Shown: one piece after another, positions 38,707-48,049 of the stretch | Numbering within the stretch: position 1 is the first letter of the stretch | Layout: each line of letters begins with the position of its first letter | DNA from: a virus | Direction: 5' to 3' (one strand) | Length of the DNA: 64,000 nucleotides | IMG/VR virus record: IMGVR_UViG_3300028027_000054 | Coordinates: 1-64,000 of that record | The notes under the pieces: generated by a model | Seen by the model: only the letters and a program-made list of their open reading frames with translations | Database searches by the model: none | Told to the model about the DNA's origin: nothing | Translations under genes and position numbers: made by a program

Positions 38707-38860
38707 AGTACCAGGTAAAGTATAAGGATCCAAACAGGAAGCCAAGTCCTATTTCATGGAACTTTACTTCTTTCTGATCTTTATTGATACCTGTACCGCT
38801 TCTGTAATCAAAACCAAGTAAGCATCCTACTGTGCTAAAAAACTCTAGTCGTATTTCCAT
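38705..38860 (-). CDS. hypothetical protein (51 aa)
   Basis: MEIRLEFF start coupled (TAATG) to the stop of the upstream gene. Confidence 0.5.
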   Translation of the reverse strand: MEIRLEFFSTVGCLLGFDYRSGTGINKDQKEVKFHEIGLGFLFGSLYFTWY

Positions 38861-39300
38861 TATTCTGTTGTTTTTTCTGTTGTGAATGGATGCCTCATCA
38901 TGAAGCAATCCTGTTCCTGACCCATGTGTTTCTTAAACCCGTTGAGCATGCTCTGGATATTGGCAGCTCCTACAGGGTTATGAGAATGGACACAGCATTT
39001 CTTGAGGTCTACCTTGTTGTCCTGGCAATATGATATTAGCCAGTCTGCACAGTTAAGACCTGTCTTTTCTGTAAAGAGCTCATAGCTGGGTTGCTGAAAC
39101 CCCTGCTGGGCTATCTGCTCATAATAATCGTTCATGTGTTCATCCGCCAGGTCGTGGTCAAATGAGATCATGTCCGGTACTCCGTTGTCTGTGATCCATG
39201 CTACAAACTCGCTATAGTTTCTGACTACATACCATGGCTCGTAGCCAGGTAGTGGTGTTGTAGGTGTACGTACGTCATCTAGGTATAACGCTTTTTTCAT
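38860..39300 (-). CDS. cyclic-phosphate-processing receiver-like domain protein
   Basis: LYLDDVR, ISFDHDL, TG and HSHNPVG motifs. Confidence 0.7.
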   Translation of the reverse strand: MKKALYLDDVRTPTTPLPGYEPWYVVRNYSEFVAWITDNGVPDMISFDHDLADEHMNDYYEQIAQQGFQQPSYELFTEKTGLNCADWLISYCQDNKVDLKKCCVHSHNPVGAANIQSMLNGFKKHMGQEQDCFMMRHPFTTEKTTE

Positions 39301-39680
39301 AAGGGTGGGTTTTCTATAAGGTCTAAACGTCTTTTGAATTCTTCATTTTCTCTCTGCAGGTCTACTATCCGGAACATGCATTCCTCAGTTACAGTAGCCA
39401 GAGATCTCAACGATTCTACATACTCGAGCAAGGACTGATTGCAGCCGTGGCTGACAATCAGCTCATCTGCTATGTAGGCTTCTACTTTGATATTAATTGC
39501 AGCAGGAAAGTTTCCTGAATACACCTTTAGTTTCTGACCAAGTGTATAGTCGTAGGCGTGGTTAACACCTGCTTGTATGGTAATTCTGAGATGATCTGCC
39601 AGCCAGGCTTTCATCTCGTCATGTAGGAAAAACCGTGGTGGGTCCCCCGGTTTGCGGTCCTTGAGTATTTGGTCTATCAT
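39297..39680 (-). CDS. hypothetical protein
   Basis: 127-aa ORF, translationally coupled, with a C-terminal coiled coil. Confidence 0.5.
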   Translation of the reverse strand: MIDQILKDRKPGDPPRFFLHDEMKAWLADHLRITIQAGVNHAYDYTLGQKLKVYSGNFPAAINIKVEAYIADELIVSHGCNQSLLEYVESLRSLATVTEECMFRIVDLQRENEEFKRRLDLIENPPL

Positions 39681-39837
39681 TTTCTAGGGTTGTGGTTCCT
39701 TTAACAGCAGGTTTAGTAAAAGGACAGTGGCGGCATTTGTTCCCGCAGCAGTAACCCCTCTTGAGGTGGTAGACTGCCGTGAATATTGTCATGCCGCCTT
39801 CTGTATAGAAGTCCTTATCTGTTATCTCCCGAGCCAT
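39619..39837 (-). CDS. small Cys-rich protein (DUF5522-like)
   Basis: YHLKRGYCCGNKCRHCPF motif. Confidence 0.65.
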   Translation of the reverse strand: MAREITDKDFYTEGGMTIFTAVYHLKRGYCCGNKCRHCPFTKPAVKGTTTLENDRPNTQGPQTGGPTTVFPT

Positions 39838-40141
39838 GGATCATGTTTCTTTCCTTACGGTCTTTAAGCTTTTGATAATTAGCCTGGGCTATGTCATCCA
39901 GCTTCAGACCACAGTCCCTGGCCAGTATGGCTACGTACCACAGTACATCACCTAATTCTTTTTTGATGCCGTCTGTAAACTTCTCGTCTGCTACCGTATT
40001 GCTATCCCGGACTAACTTCTTTACTTTTTCCACTACTTCTCCGGTTTCACCGGCAAGTCCGAGGGCAGGATAAATAAGCGTGTAGCTGGTAGGGTAAACA
40101 GCTGTAGTTTCAGCCAGGTCTTGATACTCGTTAAATGTCAT
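39815..40141 (-). CDS. mazG: MazG-like nucleotide pyrophosphohydrolase
   Basis: LGLAGETGEVVEKVKK..KELGDVLWY..N..KL..R...GSGDNR. Confidence 0.9.
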   Translation of the reverse strand: MTFNEYQDLAETTAVYPTSYTLIYPALGLAGETGEVVEKVKKLVRDSNTVADEKFTDGIKKELGDVLWYVAILARDCGLKLDDIAQANYQKLKDRKERNMIHGSGDNR

Positions 40142-40607
40142 TGGGTTCAGTTTTAATAAGCGTTGTTTGATGAGTGTCTATCCAAGCTTGGATTAACCGG
40201 TCACATTTAACCTGCCATCCGTTGGCGTCTACCTGGATCATGGGTACGTTACACTTGTTGGCCTTGGCTTTAGAGAACTCTTCAGGGTTATCATCTAAGT
40301 GCCAGACAAACTTGGTCCCGTTCAGGTAAGTATACTTCCACTCCATACAGGTGAACCTGACATGGTGCCTTGGTATACCCAGGGATTCTGCTACACCCCA
40401 TACATTAAAGTTGGGATCACCATCATGGTTGTGATAGATCTCAGCCCACTCATGAGCCGGAAACTTTTCTAACCACTTGTGCATATGGTTGGCGTCATAA
40501 CGTGTGGTGACAATCCACACTTCTATACCTCTTTTGATGAGGCTCTTGGCATATTCTTGTACCGGACCAAGTTCCAGGGTGCCGTCAAAGTCAAAGGATA
40601 CTTTCAT
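40131..40607 (-). CDS. HAD-superfamily phosphatase
   Basis: Start re-called to MKVSFDFDGT (DxDGT motif I). IVTTR motif II and HLDD motif IV. Confidence 0.75.
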   Translation of the reverse strand: MKVSFDFDGTLELGPVQEYAKSLIKRGIEVWIVTTRYDANHMHKWLEKFPAHEWAEIYHNHDGDPNFNVWGVAESLGIPRHHVRFTCMEWKYTYLNGTKFVWHLDDNPEEFSKAKANKCNVPMIQVDANGWQVKCDRLIQAWIDTHQTTLIKTEPNDI

Positions 40608-40699
40608 AAAAAGAATTTTATTACAGCTCTCCAGAATAAAAAAGACAAGATGGCGGCCAGCGTCCATGTAATGATAAAGGCCCAGTTAAGCTTCTTCAT
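40604..40699 (-). CDS. 31-aa single-transmembrane peptide (absent from the ORF track)
   Basis: MKKLNWAFIITWTLAAILSFLFWRAVIKFFL*. Its stop overlaps the HAD start (ATGA) and it fills the gap exactly. Confidence 0.55.
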   Translation of the reverse strand: MKKLNWAFIITWTLAAILSFLFWRAVIKFFL

Positions 40700-40970
40700 T
40701 GAGTAGGATTTTCTTTGTACAGTGGTTGATCAACGCAAGGTCTCCGTCTTTCATGGCAGAGAGCCTGGGTGCTATTTCTTTGTCCAGGGTGGTAGAGTAT
40801 GTTCTCCCCCTCCTGGCACAAGCGTGCTGTATAGCGGCTGGTGTACATCCTAACTTGTAACCTGCCTTTTTATAGTTCTCATAAACAGCAATCAGCTTCT
40901 GTCTCTGAGGGTCATAGATTCTAATACATGTATTGTCCGGTATCTGGTTAACACTAATCTTCTGCAGCAT
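40686..40970 (-). CDS. small DNA-binding protein (NUMOD1/HTH-like)
   Basis: IRIYD...LIAVYENYKKAGYKLG...AIQHAC pattern. Start re-called to ATG 40970, downstream of the promoter. Confidence 0.45.
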   Translation of the reverse strand: MLQKISVNQIPDNTCIRIYDPQRQKLIAVYENYKKAGYKLGCTPAAIQHACARRGRTYSTTLDKEIAPRLSAMKDGDLALINHCTKKILLNEEA

Positions 40971-40997
40971 GTCTCGTCTATAGGGGTTAGGAAAAAG

Positions 40998-41028
40998 TAA
41001 AGTTATACAAAATGTAGAACTCAGCAAA
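40998..41028 (-). promoter_or_regulatory. Bacteroidota housekeeping-type promoter
   Basis: The minus strand reads TTTG-N19-TAACTTTA, one mismatch from the TTTG-N19-21-TAnnTTTG consensus. Confidence 0.55.
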
Positions 41029-41042
41029 AGAAAATGGAGAGG

Positions 41043-41267
41043 TTAGTCTCCACTTTCCCAGAACAGCTTTCTGACGGCACCACCCAGCTCCATGTCATTG
41101 GAGTGGTCCCTGATCAGGCGGACCGGCACTTGTATGGTCCTTGTGTTGGCACTGTAACAGGTGATACAGTACTGACCTACGCCTTCTACATAACCATACC
41201 TGGTGTCAATATGATCTGTAAACTCATAGATCGTTTCATTTCCGCATTGTACGCAACAGTCTCTCAT
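41043..41267 (-). CDS. small zinc-finger protein
   Basis: CVQC..R.GYVEGVGQYCITC. ATGA-coupled start at 41267. Confidence 0.55.
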   Translation of the reverse strand: MRDCCVQCGNETIYEFTDHIDTRYGYVEGVGQYCITCYSANTRTIQVPVRLIRDHSNDMELGGAVRKLFWESGD

Positions 41268-41524
41268 AGGTCGGCATTTATAAGTTGATGTGAATTCTTC
41301 CATCTTTTCTGCAGGTCTTCCCAATAACCACGTTCATCATTGAACCGGTTACATACTGCAACCAGATCAGGGTACCCCAGGGCAATCTTAGCCCGGTTTA
41401 TTCTATCCATTTTAAATATGGTGTCTATAAGAGCAGTGAATCCACTGCCAGCCATACTGTTCTTGTAATGCATGAACAGCTCTTCGGCTTCTGTAAATGT
41501 GGGTCTAGTTTCCATAAAGGTCAA
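41264..41524 (-). CDS. hypothetical protein
   Basis: 86-aa ORF in a coupled gene run. Confidence 0.5.
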   Translation of the reverse strand: MTFMETRPTFTEAEELFMHYKNSMAGSGFTALIDTIFKMDRINRAKIALGYPDLVAVCNRFNDERGYWEDLQKRWKNSHQLINADL

Positions 41525-41729
41525 GTTGATCTGCCATTGATCTGATTGTTCTGGCCAGCTGTTTAGCTAGGTTTTTTAAAGAGTCTTCACTTAGTGTTGT
41601 CATCCACTCATCTTGCTTTTCTTCCGGACAGTCTTCAAAGCAAGTGGGTTCTCTACGTTCATCTTCTTCAAACTGGTGGAAGATGTAAATACCGCTGATG
41701 TTTCTACGGTTTACTTGATCTATTTTCAT
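41505..41729 (-). CDS. hypothetical protein
   Basis: 74-aa ORF in a coupled gene run. Confidence 0.5.
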   Translation of the reverse strand: MKIDQVNRRNISGIYIFHQFEEDERREPTCFEDCPEEKQDEWMTTLSEDSLKNLAKQLARTIRSMADQLDLYGN

Positions 41730-41950
41730 ACGAGGTAGTTTGGGTCAAAGATGAAGTCATACATTTCTTCTGAGGGTATCTCACAGAGTTGCATGGCTTT
41801 TACAATAACTTTAAGAGGGGGCTGGGCCCTGTTCTCTTCATACGATCCAAGGGCGGACCGGGTAATACCTAGTTCATGAGCAAAGGTTTCCTGGCTCATG
41901 CCGAGCTCATTACGTAGCTCTTTGAAGTTCTGATTAATGTAGATTGTCAT
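41726..41950 (-). CDS. XRE-family helix-turn-helix regulator
   Basis: FKELRNELGMSQETFAHELGITRSALGSYEENRAQP. Confidence 0.9.
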   Translation of the reverse strand: MTIYINQNFKELRNELGMSQETFAHELGITRSALGSYEENRAQPPLKVIVKAMQLCEIPSEEMYDFIFDPNYLV

Positions 41951-42639
41951 AGTGTGATGATATTTCCATGTGAAGTAAGTCCTAAGTCAAACTTGCCGTC
42001 ATGCACGCAGGCTGCATTGGAAAAAATGGTGGGCGTCTTTGAATAACGGGCTATCCCCTGGTTGGTTTCTACGCCGTCCATGTTGTGGATATGTCCAAAG
42101 GCTACCAGCTTCAGGGTATCCTTGAGAGCCCAGCATCGTTTCATCAGAGCTGAGCAGCCACACATCTCCAGGTCACCAAACCGGTCAAAGCTTAAGTCCC
42201 TGACGCCCTTGGGAGGCCCATGTACAATGATGACATCAGTATCGTCTGGTATAGTATTCCATACCCTGTTGATTGTCTCCCTGGATTTCATGAATGCCCA
42301 GTCTCCAAAGGTGGGTGTATGAGGAGATCCCCAGAACTTGATACCGTCTATAGTAGTACTGGCGTTCTCCAGGTAGAAGATACCAGCAGCATGAAAATCT
42401 GCAGGGGTAACCATGCGTCTTTCTATAGACGTGTCATGGTTACCGGCTACATAGATCTTATGCTTGACAGGTATAGATTCATACCAGGCAATGAAGTTTC
42501 TAACCTCGGGCTCATTACGATAAGGGTCTCTCCAGTTAGAGCAGTCACCACTGTGAATGACTACGTCTATGTCTGTAAAGCGGTCGTCTGGGAACATACC
42601 ATGAAATCCATGGGTGTCAGAAAGGTGCAGCAGTTTCAT
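41947..42639 (-). CDS. calcineurin-like metallophosphoesterase
   Basis: SDTH, HSGD, AGNHD, HGPP and FGHIH motifs. Confidence 0.9.
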   Translation of the reverse strand: MKLLHLSDTHGFHGMFPDDRFTDIDVVIHSGDCSNWRDPYRNEPEVRNFIAWYESIPVKHKIYVAGNHDTSIERRMVTPADFHAAGIFYLENASTTIDGIKFWGSPHTPTFGDWAFMKSRETINRVWNTIPDDTDVIIVHGPPKGVRDLSFDRFGDLEMCGCSALMKRCWALKDTLKLVAFGHIHNMDGVETNQGIARYSKTPTIFSNAACVHDGKFDLGLTSHGNIITL

Positions 42640-42642
42640 AGT

Positions 42643-43494
42643 TTAGAATATATACCGGATACCAGCCGGGTTGAAGAATTCTGCATACAGTTTGGTAAAG
42701 TCCTGTATCATTTGTCTTTTAAGCTGCCACTGATAACGAATGTTATCTGGTGCATACTGAGAATCCTTAGCTTCCTGGATATCAGGACGCCATAACAGAT
42801 CACGCACAGGCTGAGCGTTACGCTCGTGCTGATGAATGTTATGGGTTAAGAATATGCACTCACTTTTGACATGTATACCTGCATCCCAAAGTTGTCTAAA
42901 CAGTTTTCTGTACTTATCGAGCCAGCCTTCTGCATAGATGATGGGAGAAAAGTTAATGTGTACTTCTAAGTGCTCCATTAGCTTAGGTATGGCTTCTATG
43001 CGTGCAGTTATCTGATCTGTGCCTGGTTCCAGTACGTCTGAGTATTCCTGAGGCATCAGACTCACCCTGACTCTGTGTTTGGCCGGGTCTAGATCATACT
43101 GCATAGGAAGCAACATCGTTGGATACTTAGTAGCAAAAGTGCTTTTGGCTTTGGGCTCTACATTAAAGTAGTCAAAGACTATCTGCCAATCATAATGCTT
43201 ACGCATGAGTGATACATCTGTACTGCATCCGATATCTATAGTGTAATACGTGTCGTCTACCTGATTAGGTATCTTTGGCCAGGGTTGCTTTTGCACCCAG
43301 CCGTCTACAGAAGCTATGATAGGTAAGAAGTTCTCATTGACATATACTTTGTCATGGTTATATCTACCTACATAGCAGTATGAGGACATGCATCCTCCGA
43401 GACACCCGTAGATAAAGTTGGGACTAATAGCATCAGAGCTACGTCCGTTGTCACGGGTGGTGAGTGTTTTAGTTTTCTGCTTTAAAATCTGCAT
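42643..43494 (-). CDS. spore photoproduct lyase-like radical SAM protein
   Basis: NGRSSDAISP, CLGGCMSSYCY cluster, DIGCSTD, FATK, RVRVSLMP, HINFSPII and IFLTHN. Confidence 0.8.
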   Translation of the reverse strand: MQILKQKTKTLTTRDNGRSSDAISPNFIYGCLGGCMSSYCYVGRYNHDKVYVNENFLPIIASVDGWVQKQPWPKIPNQVDDTYYTIDIGCSTDVSLMRKHYDWQIVFDYFNVEPKAKSTFATKYPTMLLPMQYDLDPAKHRVRVSLMPQEYSDVLEPGTDQITARIEAIPKLMEHLEVHINFSPIIYAEGWLDKYRKLFRQLWDAGIHVKSECIFLTHNIHQHERNAQPVRDLLWRPDIQEAKDSQYAPDNIRYQWQLKRQMIQDFTKLYAEFFNPAGIRYIF

Positions 43495-44302
43495 TGATCA
43501 GGTTGTTCTTCTTAAGAATAGAATGAATAGTGAACATGAGAGAGACGATGTCAGAGCCGTTCATGATCTTGTGGTCAAAATCCCAGTTGTCAAGACCAGT
43601 CTCAGAAGGGTGTGCATTTATTGCACTAACTCCGGGACGGTCTACACGGATAACTATCCCACCAGCATCCTTGATAGCCTGGGCTTCGTTGGGAAACCTG
43701 GTGTCTGTGATGATCCAGTTGGGGTACTGGTAGTCATTATCTTCTGTTATACCAGGACCGACTTGAGGTAGTGCTACGTAGTCAGCCATAAGAGCATTTA
43801 CCCAGGTGTTAGGATGTAGCCCGTTACGACAAGCATCAGTACCCAGCTCTTGTAAGAATTGTCTGACTGTTATTCTGCATTTTTCTTTTTCCCAGGTTTT
43901 TTTATAAGAGCCATGTATAACTGGATTGAACAAAAGATTGGCATCAGCTTGTTCTTCTGTAATGACTCTTGCTTGTTCTGTTATTTTGGTCTTACCTTCT
44001 TTAAGTTTGATGCTCCAATAATCCCACTCTGGTCCAAGGAAAGTCTTCTTAAACTCCTGGTCTTCAAACTTATTTACAGGAATGCCGGTAAGAAGAGATG
44101 CTATAGTCTTAAGTTTACCTGCCCATTTCTTGATCTCCCAACCAGATTGTTCTTCCAACCACCACTCATGTTGTGAATGATAGAAGGTTATAAGCTCTAG
44201 TACAGTATAACCTTCAGGAATTTTTGGACAGGTTATTATTTGTATAAGTTTTCCAATTGTGTCTTTGCCGCTACCTGCGTAGCCGTTGATACCTATGATC
44301 AT
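43469..44302 (-). CDS. deoxynucleoside monophosphate kinase
   Basis: GINGYAGSGKDT P-loop, RQFLQELGTD, ITDTRFPNE and HPSE. Confidence 0.88.
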   Translation of the reverse strand: MIIGINGYAGSGKDTIGKLIQIITCPKIPEGYTVLELITFYHSQHEWWLEEQSGWEIKKWAGKLKTIASLLTGIPVNKFEDQEFKKTFLGPEWDYWSIKLKEGKTKITEQARVITEEQADANLLFNPVIHGSYKKTWEKEKCRITVRQFLQELGTDACRNGLHPNTWVNALMADYVALPQVGPGITEDNDYQYPNWIITDTRFPNEAQAIKDAGGIVIRVDRPGVSAINAHPSETGLDNWDFDHKIMNGSDIVSLMFTIHSILKKNNLINADFKAEN

Positions 44303-44661
44303 GCGTTGGTTATTTTAGGTTCAGGAAAAGGAAGACCATCAGCCTTCCAGTCTTTGGCTTGTTCTTTAGTAAGAACCAAGCCTTCACTCGGTTTTATTCT
44401 ATCAAAAAATCTTTTTTCTATGCTTTTAGTATTCAGTGCTGCTTCACTACTGGTCAGGTGATAACCTTTGCAGAATGGACAACGGTAAAACCTGCACTGT
44501 GCTGGTTTACCGGATCTTCTTTTGATACGTTTTTGGGTAACGTGATCATATGCTGTTAGCTTGGCCTTTAACTTTTGTAAAGCTGTTTTAGCTTCACCGC
44601 CAGTAGGATACCTGGTTTTACCCGTGGCACTACACTTGCTTATGTTCAGGGTCTGGTCCAT
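44299..44661 (-). CDS. hypothetical zinc-ribbon protein
   Basis: C..TGK.RY...A and YRCPFCKGYHLTS. Confidence 0.55.
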   Translation of the reverse strand: MDQTLNISKCSATGKTRYPTGGEAKTALQKLKAKLTAYDHVTQKRIKRRSGKPAQCRFYRCPFCKGYHLTSSEAALNTKSIEKRFFDRIKPSEGLVLTKEQAKDWKADGLPFPEPKITNA

Positions 44662-44992
44662 ACTTTTCCATTAAGTGCTTATCTATCACTTCAGTAACTT
44701 CTTCCATCATGTGGACTGGCAGACTAAACAGTTGTTCTGTCAACACCATGACATAGACCAAGTCTACTTTATCGAGATCTGATTTGATCTTAAGAACCTG
44801 GTCACTGTCACCTAACAGGTCACAGATGTGGTTGATGGCTGACCTGGCCTTAGTTACTGCGTTATTAATGGCATACTTCTGTTTCTGAGAAGTACTTGCC
44901 CTGGCATACTCTAGTCTGATTTCTATGCATTTCAAATGCTGCATGAGGTTTGTAACCAATTCCCCAACTGTTTCTTTCTTCAATTCCGACAT
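44630..44992 (-). CDS. hypothetical helical protein
   Basis: 120-aa ORF in the gene run. Confidence 0.5.
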   Translation of the reverse strand: MSELKKETVGELVTNLMQHLKCIEIRLEYARASTSQKQKYAINNAVTKARSAINHICDLLGDSDQVLKIKSDLDKVDLVYVMVLTEQLFSLPVHMMEEVTEVIDKHLMEKYGPDPEHKQV

Positions 44993-45001
44993 ACCATACA
45001 G

Positions 45002-45037
45002 AAATAAAAGGGAGCAGATCTGTGTAGACCTGCTCCC
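45002..45037 (-). terminator. intrinsic terminator
   Basis: GGGAGCAG..CTGCTCCC hairpin followed by a T-rich tract on the minus strand. Confidence 0.65.
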
Positions 45038-45044
45038 GTAATGA

Positions 45045-45896
45045 TTATAGAAATGTTACTCCAAAAGCTCCTGCGGACTCCAGCTCAAACTCTGGCTCTT
45101 CCTCGTAGCTGCTTAAGACCCTGGCTTCTTCCGTAAACTCAATCTGATCCATGTGGTCTACAAGCTTAGACGGCGTCTGCAACTGACCGTATTGGTTGAT
45201 AAAGAAATGATGCAGGGCCTCGTGGTCACTCAGGTAGGTGTTTGGGTGAGACTCCTTCAGTGCATAGGTGACATGGTTGTACATGGCCCAGGCAGAGTTG
45301 GGGTCACAGTTGTAATTGTAAGAAGGTTTGTCCATCTCACGTTTTACAATACCCACCTGTGTGAGGGTCAGGATCTCCTGCTCAGCAAACAAGAGTCCGA
45401 GGATCGTACCTTTCTCCCGGGGAGTCAGTACTACGTTCTTCAGGATCTCTTTGTCTTGGACCAGGGTGTCAAAATACTGCTTGGCATTTTTGATCTGGTC
45501 ATCAATCTTTAAAGAAGCTTCATAGAGGGCAGAGCCTGTATGCTTACGAACAAAGCTGGACATGTCACCACGTACCACGCCGTTCATACATACAAACACG
45601 TGTCCGCCAATGGCACACTTGAACTTCATGCTCTTGTTGTAAGAGTTGGACCAGGCAAACATCAGTCCCATATCCGGGTCGTTGCCATACTCTAAATGAT
45701 AAATGCCCTGGGCCACTTGGCCGTCCAGGGTAGTCTTGTACTGCTCAGACCTCAGGCTGAAGCCAGCAGAAAGAAAAGCCTTCTTGGTCTCGTCAATAGC
45801 GTGACCATGAGGAATTACGGTGTAGGACTTTCCGTGCTGAGGCAGCTCCACGTTACGTACGTGAGCCTCAGATACCAATGCTGTTTTAACAGGCAT
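45045..45896 (-). CDS. DUF932-like protein
   Basis: YTVIPH, NSYNKS and G.HVFVCMNG..RKHT motifs, plus W.MYN..T..LK. Confidence 0.7.
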   Translation of the reverse strand: MPVKTALVSEAHVRNVELPQHGKSYTVIPHGHAIDETKKAFLSAGFSLRSEQYKTTLDGQVAQGIYHLEYGNDPDMGLMFAWSNSYNKSMKFKCAIGGHVFVCMNGVVRGDMSSFVRKHTGSALYEASLKIDDQIKNAKQYFDTLVQDKEILKNVVLTPREKGTILGLLFAEQEILTLTQVGIVKREMDKPSYNYNCDPNSAWAMYNHVTYALKESHPNTYLSDHEALHHFFINQYGQLQTPSKLVDHMDQIEFTEEARVLSSYEEEPEFELESAGAFGVTFL

Positions 45897-45906
45897 ACGT
45901 TTGGTT

Positions 45907-47952
45907 TTAAAAAAGTAATAATTGTGTAAATGCTTTGGGCTTGTATATCTCTATGCCCTCTATCTGTTTGTTGATCTCATCCAGATAGTAACTGTAGTTG
46001 ATATCGTAGTTCTCTATAGGTACGGCAGGATCTATTTGGTTGACTACGGTTTGTAGCCAGCTGCCAGATTCTACCTGTATCTCCCGTCCGTCGGGATGAC
46101 ACTTGACGATCTTACCGCGATTGTTGGATACATAATATCGTACGATCTTCTGAAGCTTGTTGACCTTCAGGGTTCCCATGTCTACATACCGTTCTTCATA
46201 ATACCAGGCACCCTTGGATTTGACACCGGCACAATAGTCCATGACCTCTTTGTTACATTCAACAAAGACATCAGGATGTATGCCGTTGACAAAATAAGCA
46301 TGGATGGCTTTGGGTATAATGAGGAAACTCTTGTTCTTGTGAAGGGTAGCTACCTTCTTTTTATAAAGGTCTTCCCATTCAAAAGCACCTTTGCACTTGA
46401 CCGGGGTGTAGTAATAATCGTCACCTGATTGCCTGAACTTGTAAGAGATATTCTTCTGCAGTTTCTTCCAGACCTGCTCAGCACTCAGACCTTCTTTAGG
46501 GTCTGCCTTTGCTTTACGTTCTGTAAAGATGGCTATGTAGTTATTGACATCCCGGATGATCATCTTTTGGTACTCGTCATGCTCCAGGGATAACTGGGTC
46601 AGCTTTTCCCACTGGGAACAAACCTTCATGTAGGTTTCTACCTGGCTATTGGGGATCATCATTTCCAGGCCGTCCGTGTTCTGCATCAGTGGGATTCCTT
46701 CTGGTATGGCCAGGGACAGCATCTCATACAGCATGGACAGCAGGAGCTGACCGTTCACCGTGATCTGCATGGTCATCCTGGGATCATAGAGAAACGAGTT
46801 CTCGTCACCGGTGAGACCATAGGTTGAGTTCAGGATAATCTTGTACACGTAGTTCTTGGGATCAGACTTTGGGATCTTCTTACGTTCCTCAAAGAACCAC
46901 TCGTACAGGTCCAGGAACTCTTTCTTAGGCAGATGACCGGGATGAAAGCCATTTTTAATGGCCAGGTTCGGATAAAAACTGGTTACGTCAGAGGTGAGTA
47001 TGGTCCAACCAGGTTGAGCCTCATATACACCAGCTGCTGTTGCACCATGAATGCCACCCAGTCCGTAGTCTGTCTTCACACCCTTGTAGTCCAGACGAAA
47101 CTTAAAGCCGTCTTTGGTAGAAGTGATGACTGTCTTACGGAAAAAATCCAGGGTCTTTTGAAACTCCGGGGTTTGGAACTGGACATAGGGTAATATGACA
47201 TCTCCAAGCACAATGTGTGTATGCGGAGTACGCATCCGTTTGAGTTCTGCTTTTTCTATGCCGGTCTTCTTCTGCAGAAAATACAGGAAGAGTTCTTTAG
47301 ATATCCTTGGCTCTGACGCTGAATAGAGATCTATGTCATATTCTTTTGTCAGGACCTGCCTGAGCTTGATCTGTTCTTTACTGTGTTCCAGGATCTGCTG
47401 GGTAGAGAGTACGTCATTGATGCAATAGGTTATTACATCTTGCAACGTATTAGCATCTGTCACGGGTTTAGTATGATGATGCGGCATCTCTTCTACGTTG
47501 TCCCAGTCCATGGCATATTGAATCCACTTTAGAGAACTCATCTTAGCCCTGTTGTCCCAGTGGTTCAGCTTGAATAGATCAATCTGCCTGATAGAAAGCT
47601 TGAAAGGTGGATATTCCACAAACTCTCCCCTGTCTTTACGGGAGATGATGTCCTGGGCATACGCATAAAGCTTACCGGCAATCTCTTCTCCTGGTAACCT
47701 GGACATGCTGCCGTGCTTACGGATCACATGTTCTGTGATCTGAGAGTCAAATTCCAGTCCGTTGTAAGAGATGTGCCACTGCTTTTGAGTCTTGCACTCG
47801 TTTAGAAACTTTACAAACTCAGGAAAGTCATTCTGGTCTTTGTTGACCACGAAGATCTTCCTGACGTACTCGTCTTTGTAGTGTTGAAAGACTGCCACGA
47901 AACAGTTGACAATCGTCTCGTAGTCCATTACCCAATGTGTAGCTTGTTGCAT
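45907..47952 (-). CDS. DNA polymerase, family B
   Basis: Exonuclease DYET / YNGLEFD / YCINDV. Polymerase SDVTSFYP, KIILNSTYG and NTDG. Confidence 0.93.
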   Translation of the reverse strand: MQQATHWVMDYETIVNCFVAVFQHYKDEYVRKIFVVNKDQNDFPEFVKFLNECKTQKQWHISYNGLEFDSQITEHVIRKHGSMSRLPGEEIAGKLYAYAQDIISRKDRGEFVEYPPFKLSIRQIDLFKLNHWDNRAKMSSLKWIQYAMDWDNVEEMPHHHTKPVTDANTLQDVITYCINDVLSTQQILEHSKEQIKLRQVLTKEYDIDLYSASEPRISKELFLYFLQKKTGIEKAELKRMRTPHTHIVLGDVILPYVQFQTPEFQKTLDFFRKTVITSTKDGFKFRLDYKGVKTDYGLGGIHGATAAGVYEAQPGWTILTSDVTSFYPNLAIKNGFHPGHLPKKEFLDLYEWFFEERKKIPKSDPKNYVYKIILNSTYGLTGDENSFLYDPRMTMQITVNGQLLLSMLYEMLSLAIPEGIPLMQNTDGLEMMIPNSQVETYMKVCSQWEKLTQLSLEHDEYQKMIIRDVNNYIAIFTERKAKADPKEGLSAEQVWKKLQKNISYKFRQSGDDYYYTPVKCKGAFEWEDLYKKKVATLHKNKSFLIIPKAIHAYFVNGIHPDVFVECNKEVMDYCAGVKSKGAWYYEERYVDMGTLKVNKLQKIVRYYVSNNRGKIVKCHPDGREIQVESGSWLQTVVNQIDPAVPIENYDINYSYYLDEINKQIEGIEIYKPKAFTQLLLF

Positions 47953-47999
47953 AGTGTACGTTGTTCAGTTCAGCTGTCCCCCCTTTTCTGTTATAGGCT

Positions 48000-48024
48000 A
48001 AAAAAAAGGCAGATAAACTGCCTT
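48000..48024 (-). terminator. intrinsic terminator
   Basis: AAGGCAG-ATAAA-CTGCCTT hairpin followed by a T-run on the minus strand. Confidence 0.6.
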
Positions 48025-48049
48025 CTTATTAGAAAATCACAGGGTGTAG

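Noticed and set aside
45907-47952. Intein or intron in PolB (a short extra segment after NNYIA)
   Set aside because: The segment is only about 40 aa with no splicing motifs, and the ORF is continuous.
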